Part shown: piece after piece, positions 28,475-36,377 of the stretch | Numbering within the stretch: the stretch's first letter is position 1 | Layout: each line of letters begins with the position of its first letter | Origin: Cytophagales bacterium | Lineage (GTDB): Bacteria; Bacteroidota; Bacteroidia; Cytophagales; JAAEPT01 | Direction: 5' to 3' | Assembly: GCA_965267335.1 (NCBI GenBank) | Contig: OZ253953.1 | Location: 1,670,486-1,734,485 of the forward strand | Length of the DNA stretch: 64,000 nucleotides | Notes under the pieces: model-generated | The model's database searches: none | What the model was told of the DNA's origin: nothing | Seen by the model: only the letters and a program-made list of their open reading frames with translations | Program-made: the position numbers and the translations under genes

Positions 28475-29064
28475 TTAGTGCTGGGCTTCTTTTTATCAAG
28501 TTTTTTTAAAAAATCTATAATTTGGTCTACGGTTAATACGTGATCGACATCACAGAGATTCATGGCTGCTTTTGGCATTGTATCAATAACACAAGTTTTT
28601 GGGTCTTGTACAATGGCAAGTCCGCCCCTTTCCTTAAGTTTTTCCATTCCTACGGCACCATCTTTATTGGCCCCGGAAAGCAATATACCGATTAATTTAT
28701 TTTTATATACATATGAGGCAGAGTCAAAGGCAACATCAATAGAAGGTCTGGAGTTATTAATCATCTCTTCGGTAGATAATGAAATGGTATTACCTAGTTC
28801 AATACACATATGATAGTTGGCGGGGGCCAAATATATGGTGCGCTTTCTTATCACTTGCTTGTCATATGGTTCAACGATTTGGAGCTTAGTTTTGATGGAA
28901 AGTGCTTCAAGAAAACCATGCCGAATGTGCTTGAGCCTATGCATTGCCATTATTATAGGCAGTTCATAATCTTCAGGTAGTTTGTTCAGTATACGTGTAA
29001 TTACTGGAAAGCTCCCCGCTGAACCTCCGATGACAATTGCTTTATATTCTCCGTCAATTTTCAA
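28471..29064 (-). CDS. CheB-type protein-glutamate methylesterase, catalytic domain only (no receiver domain)
   Basis: 197 aa. IVIGGSAGSFPVITRILNKLPEDYELPIIMAMHR, then later SRPSIDVAFDS and GILLSGANKDGAVGM, follow the CheB methylesterase Ser/His/Asp layout. The protein starts directly at the catalytic domain. Confidence 0.85.
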   Translation of the reverse strand: MKIDGEYKAIVIGGSAGSFPVITRILNKLPEDYELPIIMAMHRLKHIRHGFLEALSIKTKLQIVEPYDKQVIRKRTIYLAPANYHMCIELGNTISLSTEEMINNSRPSIDVAFDSASYVYKNKLIGILLSGANKDGAVGMEKLKERGGLAIVQDPKTCVIDTMPKAAMNLCDVDHVLTVDQIIDFLKKLDKKKPSTK

Positions 29065-29071
29065 AGTATAG

Positions 29072-29896
29072 CTAGTCTCTTAGTTTTTTATACACTTTTT
29101 CTTCTCCATTGACGAGTAGAAACTTGTTAGATATTTCGCACCAAATGAGTGACTCTTTAGACCCAATACATAAATAGGAGTACTTGAACATACTCTCATG
29201 CAATGTCTTGAGGACTTGGTTTTGAAGCGACTGATTAAAGTAGATCATCACATTCCTGCAAAGGATGAGATCAAATTTGGAAAAGGGTTCTCCGTTAACA
29301 AGGTTGTGTTCACGGAAAGTAACATTCTCTATAAGCGTTGGATCAAAAATGGCATAATCTCCATCAATATTGTAATAATTACTTAACTCAGCAATACCAT
29401 TAAACCGGATATAATTCTTATTGTTTATATCCATATTTTTCATTTTGTACCTACCAGATTTAGCGGAGTTAATGATGTTTTGGTCTATATCTGTGGCAGT
29501 AATAATCGCTTTGTCAAGAATTTCCAGTTCTTTTAGTAGAATGGCCATGGAAAAGACCTCTTCACCGGATGAGCACCCTGCATGCCATATTCTGATTTTA
29601 TCGTGATTTTGAAGCAGGTTCGGGAATATATTATCTCGTAGAGCTTTCCAGAATGATGGGTCTCTGAACATTTCTGTAACGTTGACAGTCACTTCTGAAA
29701 GGAATAGTTTGAAATAATCTTTTTCGATTCCCAACTTATGAATTAAGCTGTCAACAGATTCGATTCTATGTAAATCCAGAATCCGTACAATTCTTCTTTT
29801 GAACGAAGAAAGGGCATACTCAGAGAAGTCATGGTTGAAATTGTCTCTCAGATAAGCAGTTAGTTTCCTCAGTTCAGATATCTCAATTTCTTTCAT
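29072..29896 (-). CDS. CheR-type protein-glutamate O-methyltransferase
   Basis: 274 aa. N-terminal helical CheR_N region, TEMFRDPSFWKAL, and the SAM site IRIWHAGCSSGEEVFSMAILL with DLILCRNVMIYF. Confidence 0.9.
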   Translation of the reverse strand: MKEIEISELRKLTAYLRDNFNHDFSEYALSSFKRRIVRILDLHRIESVDSLIHKLGIEKDYFKLFLSEVTVNVTEMFRDPSFWKALRDNIFPNLLQNHDKIRIWHAGCSSGEEVFSMAILLKELEILDKAIITATDIDQNIINSAKSGRYKMKNMDINNKNYIRFNGIAELSNYYNIDGDYAIFDPTLIENVTFREHNLVNGEPFSKFDLILCRNVMIYFNQSLQNQVLKTLHESMFKYSYLCIGSKESLIWCEISNKFLLVNGEEKVYKKLRD

Positions 29897-29916
29897 TCGT
29901 GTATTCTATGTGTTGG

Positions 29917-31797
29917 TCAGTTTTTGTCTGAACTCAACTTATTGATTTTCATGTCTTTTATCTTGATGGTATTTTCAAGTTCCTCAATGGTTCGTTGTTG
30001 TTCCTGAAGTTTTTTCTCTAATTGAGTAGTACTTGATTTTGGTAGTTTTTTAAGCTGTGTTTTGTAATCATTAATCCGCGCTTCAAGTTTAGACAACTTG
30101 GTCTCATATTGAAGTTTGGTTGCTCGAAGTTCACGTTCCTGGTTTTCGTGTGTTACTTGCATTTCTTCAATGTTTTGGCGCATACTTTCCTCCTGACTAA
30201 TTAACTTTTCGGTGAGCTCTTGCGAATTTTTTAGCAAGCTTTGGGTTTTTCTGCTCATTTCCACAGTGGCAAGGGAAGCTGCAATGGATGAACTCAACTT
30301 CTCGACAAAGGAAATCTGATAGCCTTTAAATTCTCTGAAGCTTGCCAGCTCAATTACACCATGAATTTCATCGTTGTCTATTAACGGAACAATAAGTAAA
30401 GAGGTTGGGCCGGCATCACCTAATCCAGATTTGATTACCATATGACTTTCAGGGAGGTCTTTTACATAAATAGTCTCTTTTTCTTGCCACACCTGTCCGG
30501 TCAAACCTTCTCCATACTCAAGTCTCTTACTAATGAATTTTTGCCTGTCGAATGCAAAACTGGCGGCTAATTCCAAATGAATATCTTCCTCGTCATTACT
30601 GTTTATTATAAATAGCCCACCTTGATTGGCATCCAGGTACTTGACGAGCTCCGAAATAAGGATATTGGTTAGTTTGTCTAAATTGTCGGAATTGCGTTGA
30701 ATGAGTTCCGCAAAGTGCGCAAGTCCTTCAATTTCCCAGTTTCTTTCTTTCTCAATGCGATCCACTTCTATCATTTTATCGCGCATCTCAACAAGTGCTT
30801 TAGCCAATTCATTATTTTGCCCGCTCTCAGATTTGTCGATCTGCAGATCTGTTTCCAGGTTGTCGTTTGTGACATTTTTCACGAATTGGGTTGCACTATT
30901 TATATAACTGTTAAACTGATCCAGGCAGTAACCGATGTTGTGGTAATGCTCAAATGAAGTTTGGTAATTCAAGATGCTTTGCTCTCCCTGGAGGAGCTCT
31001 TTAGAATGATTCGAAAGGATAGAAATGGGTTGGATGAAGGTTTTTCTTATGAATGCGACTCCCAGTATTACAAGGAGTACGGCTAAAACTATATCCAGCG
31101 CTACAAGTATATAAATGATCACCAGTCTGTCACTGATCTTGTCCAGTGTGTTTTCATAAATTTCATCAATAGTGGTAACTACGAATTCCGACTCTAATTC
31201 ATTGTAATTAATAAGTTCTGCGAAGAGGGGATTTAAAATCTTTTTGGTCCGTTGCGTGGCATAGAGCCGGATGACTTGTCCGGTTTCCGGGTCGATGCCT
31301 GCAGAGTCGGTCTGCTGCGTTTCATAATAAATGCTGTCTGTATAGGGCTCTTCTTCGAAAAAAAGTCGAGAGTTGTTTTTGATGTTCAACCAATGTTCGG
31401 CCAAATAATAATAGAGGTCTTCTTCGTTGGCCTCATTTAGCAGTGCATTGACTTCCTGGTCTTTTGTTTTAGTGTTTAGTTGCTCTACAATTGATTGTAA
31501 GTCATGTCTATGTAAACTGAAAATATCTTCAAAGTGAATCCTGAGAGTTTTTAGCTTTTTTCTTATTGAAGTGCGAAATTCTACCTTGGATACCGGAGGT
31601 TTTTTTGTCTCTTGATTAAATTCATGGAGGACCTGTTTTGTTTCAAGTAGCTTGTAAGACAGTGTGTTGAGGCCGTTTTTCTGCCATAAAGCGAGTGCCA
31701 GAATCAGGTTAAAGAGTACAAATAGAGTACAGAATGCGAAGAAAAACAGGTTGACCCTTCCCTTCAATGACCTCCAATTTGTCTTCTTATCCATCAA
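29917..31797 (-). CDS. Chemoreceptor-like membrane sensor: TM, ~185-aa extracytoplasmic domain, TM, degenerate HAMP, GAF, long coiled coil; no enzymatic output domain
   Basis: 626 aa. The cytoplasmic module RNWEIEGLAHFAELIQRN...ANQGGLFII...GEGLTGQVWQEKETIYVKDLP...LLIVPLIDNDEIHGVIELASF...SQEESMRQNIEEMQVTHENQ is paralogous to those in 24178..27687 and 31943..33583. Confidence 0.8.
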   Translation of the reverse strand: MMDKKTNWRSLKGRVNLFFFAFCTLFVLFNLILALALWQKNGLNTLSYKLLETKQVLHEFNQETKKPPVSKVEFRTSIRKKLKTLRIHFEDIFSLHRHDLQSIVEQLNTKTKDQEVNALLNEANEEDLYYYLAEHWLNIKNNSRLFFEEEPYTDSIYYETQQTDSAGIDPETGQVIRLYATQRTKKILNPLFAELINYNELESEFVVTTIDEIYENTLDKISDRLVIIYILVALDIVLAVLLVILGVAFIRKTFIQPISILSNHSKELLQGEQSILNYQTSFEHYHNIGYCLDQFNSYINSATQFVKNVTNDNLETDLQIDKSESGQNNELAKALVEMRDKMIEVDRIEKERNWEIEGLAHFAELIQRNSDNLDKLTNILISELVKYLDANQGGLFIINSNDEEDIHLELAASFAFDRQKFISKRLEYGEGLTGQVWQEKETIYVKDLPESHMVIKSGLGDAGPTSLLIVPLIDNDEIHGVIELASFREFKGYQISFVEKLSSSIAASLATVEMSRKTQSLLKNSQELTEKLISQEESMRQNIEEMQVTHENQERELRATKLQYETKLSKLEARINDYKTQLKKLPKSSTTQLEKKLQEQQRTIEELENTIKIKDMKINKLSSDKN

Positions 31798-31942
31798 TGA
31801 AAGATATACTTAAATGGAAAAAAATCCAACAGTAGGACACCAATTGCTAATATTGGTCACTATGGTTCTATATAACCCGACTTAGCTCCTCTATTGGGAT
31901 ATATTTCCTATATTTCAGTAAGAAAACTATTGAGGAGTATTT

Positions 31943-33583
31943 ATGCGGTTTAATCTGACTATTGGAAGGCGCCTGGCTTATGGATTTGGTTTTATCATAG
32001 TGTCTATTGTTGCCTACAGTATCTTTACCTATTTCAGACTCAACGAGAACAGAAACCTGAATCAAAAGAATTCTGAGGTTTACATTCCTTCTATCATTCA
32101 GCTTAAGGACCTACAGAAACACGTGACCAGTATGAATACTGTGATGACTTCTTGGCTGGATCATAACCTGCGACAATATGAAGCCGATAATATATATTCC
32201 GACCTTGAAGAGTTGCACCGAATTTGTAATGAGCGATTACGTCCCAGACTTGATGTACTAACCAAAGAATGGGATGAAGTAAGCGATAGCTTGTACAAGC
32301 AAGTATCTTCTACTATTGATTCTATGGTTATATGGCAAAAGAAAGTAATGTTAAAGTATGCCTCAAGACCTGATGATGATATGGAAATGAAAGCCGAATT
32401 AAACCTCATCAGGAATGACTACGAAAGCAGCGTTGGAGCTACCGGTGAACGTATGGCAAGGGTTGAAAGCATAAATGAAGAAGGTGGTATCGGGACAATA
32501 ATTGGTAATTTGACCCAGACATCACGAAAATTAAGTAATAACCTAAATGATTCGGCAGTACTTCTACAGATGCTGGTTGGTATTTTGGGAGGCGTACTGT
32601 TGGTGGTTGGTTTTTTGATCGCCCTTTTTACTTATCGTTCTATTGTGCGCCCGATCAATGATTTAAAAAGCATTCTACTTTCCATGGGTAAAGGGGTTCT
32701 TCCAGAGAATGAAATCCAGGAAAGAAATGATGAGATTGGGGAAATGTCAGCGGCTCTTAACAGCCTCATCAGAGGATTGAAAGACACCTCAAATTTTTCT
32801 AAAAAAATAGGGGAGGGTGAGTTTAATTCGGAATATAAGCCATTAAGTAAGGACGATATTTTAGGTAATTCGCTTCTGGTAATGCGGGATAACCTTTCAA
32901 AAGTAGCTGAAGAGGATAAGAAAAGAAGTTGGAGTACCGAGGGCTTGGCTAGGTTTGGTGAAATTTTAAGAAGAAATAATGATGACCTTAAGAGTCTGAC
33001 AGAAGATTTAATCTTTGAATTAGTTAAGTACCTAAATGCCAATCAGGGAGCAGTTTTTGTATTAAATGAGGATGAAGACGGGCGATTTATGACAATTGCT
33101 TCGTGTTATGCCTGGGACAGACACAAATATCTTGAACAGAGGGTAGAATTGGGAGATGGTTTGGTAGGACAGGCCTGGCAGGAAAAAAGCACCTTCTACA
33201 TTACGGATGTCCCCCAAGATTATATAAATATAACTTCAGGTCTGGGGAAGGCCACTCCTACATCTATTCTCATAGTGCCTTTGATTATGAATGAAGAGAT
33301 TTATGGGATAATTGAGCTGGCTTCTTTTCATGAAATCGAACCTCATCAAATTGAGTTTGTTGAAAAACTTGCAGAAAATACCGCTGCCACGATTAGCACA
33401 GTAAAAGTGAATGAACAGACCAAACTGCTATTGGAACAAACTCAGGAAGCCTCAGAACAATTGAGAGCACAGGAGGAAGAGCTAAGGCAGAATCAAGAGG
33501 AAATGATGGCTACACAAGAGGAGATGCAGCGAAATCTTGATGAGGCCCATGAGGAAATTGCCAGGTTGAAGAAAAAGAAATAG
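31943..33583 (+). CDS. Chemoreceptor-like membrane sensor: TM, four-helix-bundle-type sensor, TM, HAMP, GAF, short coiled coil; no enzymatic output domain
   Basis: 546 aa. The N-terminus MRFNLTIGRRLAYGFGFIIVSIVAYSIF and following helical domain resemble 4HB-type MCP sensors. HAMP is RPINDLKSILLSMGKGVLP...DEIGEMSAALNSL. GAF follows, then AQEEELRQNQEEMMATQEEMQRNL. Confidence 0.8.
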   Translation: MRFNLTIGRRLAYGFGFIIVSIVAYSIFTYFRLNENRNLNQKNSEVYIPSIIQLKDLQKHVTSMNTVMTSWLDHNLRQYEADNIYSDLEELHRICNERLRPRLDVLTKEWDEVSDSLYKQVSSTIDSMVIWQKKVMLKYASRPDDDMEMKAELNLIRNDYESSVGATGERMARVESINEEGGIGTIIGNLTQTSRKLSNNLNDSAVLLQMLVGILGGVLLVVGFLIALFTYRSIVRPINDLKSILLSMGKGVLPENEIQERNDEIGEMSAALNSLIRGLKDTSNFSKKIGEGEFNSEYKPLSKDDILGNSLLVMRDNLSKVAEEDKKRSWSTEGLARFGEILRRNNDDLKSLTEDLIFELVKYLNANQGAVFVLNEDEDGRFMTIASCYAWDRHKYLEQRVELGDGLVGQAWQEKSTFYITDVPQDYINITSGLGKATPTSILIVPLIMNEEIYGIIELASFHEIEPHQIEFVEKLAENTAATISTVKVNEQTKLLLEQTQEASEQLRAQEEELRQNQEEMMATQEEMQRNLDEAHEEIARLKKKK

Positions 33584-33606
33584 CCTCAATCTCACGATAG
33601 AGGCTA
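33581..33606. terminator. Hairpin between convergent genes (weak terminator candidate)
   Basis: 7-bp stem tagcctc (33581-33587) / gaggcta (33600-33606) with a 12-nt loop. It includes the TAG stop. The T-tract is poor. Confidence 0.35.
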
Positions 33607-33641
33607 ATCCAAACTTTTGTCAATTGATGTTTTGTATAGTT

Positions 33642-34601
33642 TTAAAACGAGAGAGGTGCATCAAAGGTGAAAATCGGATGATCGATCGCCATTAGGACCT
33701 GCTCAGTCCCTACAGGGTCTTCATCACTTAAGAGCACAACTCCAATAGTCTCTAATTGTGTAGGGTTATGGTTTCCTGTTCCTACAAATTGGTCGTACCG
33801 TACGGTCAATAAATTCCATCCAGGTTCTGACGGTCTTAAAGTATGTGTGTAGGTTGCTCCCGAGGATTCAACCATTTGAAATTCCAGCCAGGTCTCCGGG
33901 TAAGTCGGGTCATAATAGACAAAAATATTGAAATAGACGCGAGCTGGGTCTGCATACAACGGGTATAAATCTGTTCCAGGGTCGGTATATTTTGCCGGCA
34001 GAAAAGTAATGTCAGCGTAGGGCGATGTAGTTGTTTGTGGTGCAGACAAAGTATAAAGATATGGTGTCCCATCTGGGTAGGGATAGTCCGTATTGCTATT
34101 AACTGTTGGTGGGTAGTCACTTTCCCAACCCGGAAGCCCCCAGGTAACTATATTGGCAATAGTAAAATCAGATACTAGTACACCTCCCGCATCTATATCT
34201 CGTTCCCCTGAAACGGTTACATTGACGGTTTCGGTTGTACCCGTATGATCGGGGAATGAAAGTGTAGCCGTAATCGATTCAGTTGTAAAAAGGGGGAGTA
34301 CATTACCTGTTGTGCCATCCCATGTAAAGGAAATTTCACGTCCTACGCCAGTTACTGTTCTTGTCGCTCCACTGGTACCACCGGTCAATGTTAGTACCCA
34401 TTCTTTATCGTTTTCCAACTCTGCGTTGAATGTTACCTGTTCTCCATTACTAAAGTCTACGGTGCCTGAGCTTACCGATAGTGATTGAGTAATGACGAGA
34501 TCACCATTCTTGACGGAGTCATAGTCGGGGCCTACGATTTCGTCTTTTTCACAAGAGGTGAAAATTAAAATACTACTTAATATTATGAATAAGCTTCTCA
34601 T
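33642..34601 (-). CDS. Surface lipoprotein, probable glycan-binding accessory protein (SusE/F-like role, family unknown)
   Basis: Lipobox MRSLFIILSSILIFTSCEKDE. Beta-rich and Thr/Gly-rich Ig-like N-terminal half. It is the last gene of the GH16 cluster. Confidence 0.5.
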   Translation of the reverse strand: MRSLFIILSSILIFTSCEKDEIVGPDYDSVKNGDLVITQSLSVSSGTVDFSNGEQVTFNAELENDKEWVLTLTGGTSGATRTVTGVGREISFTWDGTTGNVLPLFTTESITATLSFPDHTGTTETVNVTVSGERDIDAGGVLVSDFTIANIVTWGLPGWESDYPPTVNSNTDYPYPDGTPYLYTLSAPQTTTSPYADITFLPAKYTDPGTDLYPLYADPARVYFNIFVYYDPTYPETWLEFQMVESSGATYTHTLRPSEPGWNLLTVRYDQFVGTGNHNPTQLETIGVVLLSDEDPVGTEQVLMAIDHPIFTFDAPLSF

Positions 34602-34619
34602 GTTTCAATTTTGTTGTTC

Positions 34620-36350
34620 CTAGATATTCATGTTGAAGAAGATCAGGAATTGGTTAAATGAATAATCATTGGCCGAAACCAGGTTGTCCGCATAGCTGAA
34701 CAAGTTGTGCTGCACGTTGAGATAAGTGCTCTTGTTGAAATTGTATTTTAATCCGTAGCCCAACATGGTCTCACTGGCATCAATATTAAATGTTGAAGGC
34801 GATGCTGTAATTTCGTTGTACTGATCTCTGGTGGAAATCAACCCAAATCCACTTGACACTACCATTTTACTACCTAATAACAAATCAAGCTTGCTAGCTA
34901 GTTCAAAATCAATACCCAAATCTAAGATAGCTGTTGCAAAATCGGAGCTTGCCGATCCATCGTCACGGCTTGCCGCATCATATTGTCCGCCTAAAGTAAG
35001 TTCTAGTTTTCTGTCAAAGGAAAGGATTTTGTTAACGGCAAGGTTCACTCCTCCCTTTATCTGTAAATAGGATTCCGCTACAGTAGAATTACTGGGAATC
35101 GCTTCACTCATGATTGCAGCTTCAAGGAAGGCATCAACTTTTTCCAGTGAGTCGGTGTAAGTTGAGTTCAGATAAACACCGGCTCTATTTGGAGTGGCAA
35201 CACCGTAGGGTGTGACAACACCATATCTGGGATTGTACGTCATTAGCTGTTCGGTAATAGATCGGTTATATATAGAAGCCTGCCTTGTGATATCGAAAAT
35301 ATTAATGGACCTCACGGCAAATGGATTGTTGGCAACGCTGGTAAAGACTTCTGGTGTTGATACAGTAGGATCAAAATTGATTCTTTTTGTCTGAGCAGCC
35401 GAGCTATAGAACCTTGGGTCAGTATATCGATATCCGACTTTCGCCTGAAATCCGCAATTTTTGAAATTTGTTCCTGCCGCTGCATCGAAGAATATTCCGC
35501 TGTTGTCGGTGGGGGCGGAAGCATCATTTTGGTAAACCAGTTGTGACATACCTGCTTCAGCATCAAGAATAAATTCCAGTTTATCAGACAAATCTCTATT
35601 GTAATCCAGTTCAAAAGAAGTGACCGGATTAGACATGCCAACGGAGTCATTAATTGTTGCCGGAACATCAAAAAGATTGATATAGTTGGCTGTAAGTGTG
35701 AAGTTTTTGCTTTGCTCTATAGCGATTCGTCCACCTGACTGGAACCTGGCCGGTATACCTGCTCCGCCTGCGGGTCGGTTTCGGAGGAATAATCCATCGA
35801 ATTTGATTGTTTCAATAAACATATCATCGAATTGCAAGCCAAAATCGACATGAGCCCCTTGTTGCCACCAGCGATTTCCCCGGTTCAGGTTGTCGTACTC
35901 AGCATAATCTCTCCTGATATCCTGAAATATTGTTGCTTCATTGACTTTGGTATCGCCATCACTATTATAGAATGTATAGGGGGACATTTGCACATAAATA
36001 TCTCCTACTTCATATCCTATGATTTTAGCGATGTTACCCTTTACAAAAAGCTGTCGAAGTTCAGCCGTGGCACTGGACCCAAAGAAACCACCTAGTTCCG
36101 TACGGAAACGAAACAGGGCCTGTATTTGGGTGTTATTGTCAGGGTGTAAATTTACTCCAAGGTCTATTAATGTATGTCCCTGACTAAATTTATCCGTGTT
36201 CACTGTGTCATCTTGCCCAAGGTTGTTGTTTTCCTGCCACGCACGTGCGTATCCACCGAATTGTACTTTGTCCTGTGCTGCCGTTTCTTCCGGAGTTCCG
36301 AAAATTGTTGCTGCTACAGTGGTTAGAATAATGAAATTTCTTCTCATCAT
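34620..36350 (-). CDS. Outer-membrane beta-barrel protein (porin-like, family unrecognised)
   Basis: 576 aa with a signal peptide ending ...ETAAQDK. It shows an alternating amphipathic beta-strand pattern and frequent aromatic-x-aromatic strand ends. Confidence 0.6.
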   Translation of the reverse strand: MMRRNFIILTTVAATIFGTPEETAAQDKVQFGGYARAWQENNNLGQDDTVNTDKFSQGHTLIDLGVNLHPDNNTQIQALFRFRTELGGFFGSSATAELRQLFVKGNIAKIIGYEVGDIYVQMSPYTFYNSDGDTKVNEATIFQDIRRDYAEYDNLNRGNRWWQQGAHVDFGLQFDDMFIETIKFDGLFLRNRPAGGAGIPARFQSGGRIAIEQSKNFTLTANYINLFDVPATINDSVGMSNPVTSFELDYNRDLSDKLEFILDAEAGMSQLVYQNDASAPTDNSGIFFDAAAGTNFKNCGFQAKVGYRYTDPRFYSSAAQTKRINFDPTVSTPEVFTSVANNPFAVRSINIFDITRQASIYNRSITEQLMTYNPRYGVVTPYGVATPNRAGVYLNSTYTDSLEKVDAFLEAAIMSEAIPSNSTVAESYLQIKGGVNLAVNKILSFDRKLELTLGGQYDAASRDDGSASSDFATAILDLGIDFELASKLDLLLGSKMVVSSGFGLISTRDQYNEITASPSTFNIDASETMLGYGLKYNFNKSTYLNVQHNLFSYADNLVSANDYSFNQFLIFFNMNI

Positions 36351-36377
36351 TTATGCTTTATTAAGTCTGATATCTTT

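Noticed and set aside
32632-33042. 136-aa ORF antisense to the 31943-33583 receptor gene; likewise 60653-61015 antisense to actA and 61357-62855 antisense to actB
   Set aside because: They are shadow ORFs opposite strongly supported genes, and their translations are Ser/Leu/Phe-rich with no domain features.
18614-33583. Reading the cheR/cheB region as a conventional chemotaxis operon
   Set aside because: No CheA, CheW, CheY or MCP signalling (highly conserved hairpin) domain is encoded in or around it. CheB lacks a receiver domain. The neighbouring genes form a PP2C/kinase/DUF1987 partner switch instead. It is therefore reported as a non-canonical system rather than as chemotaxis.
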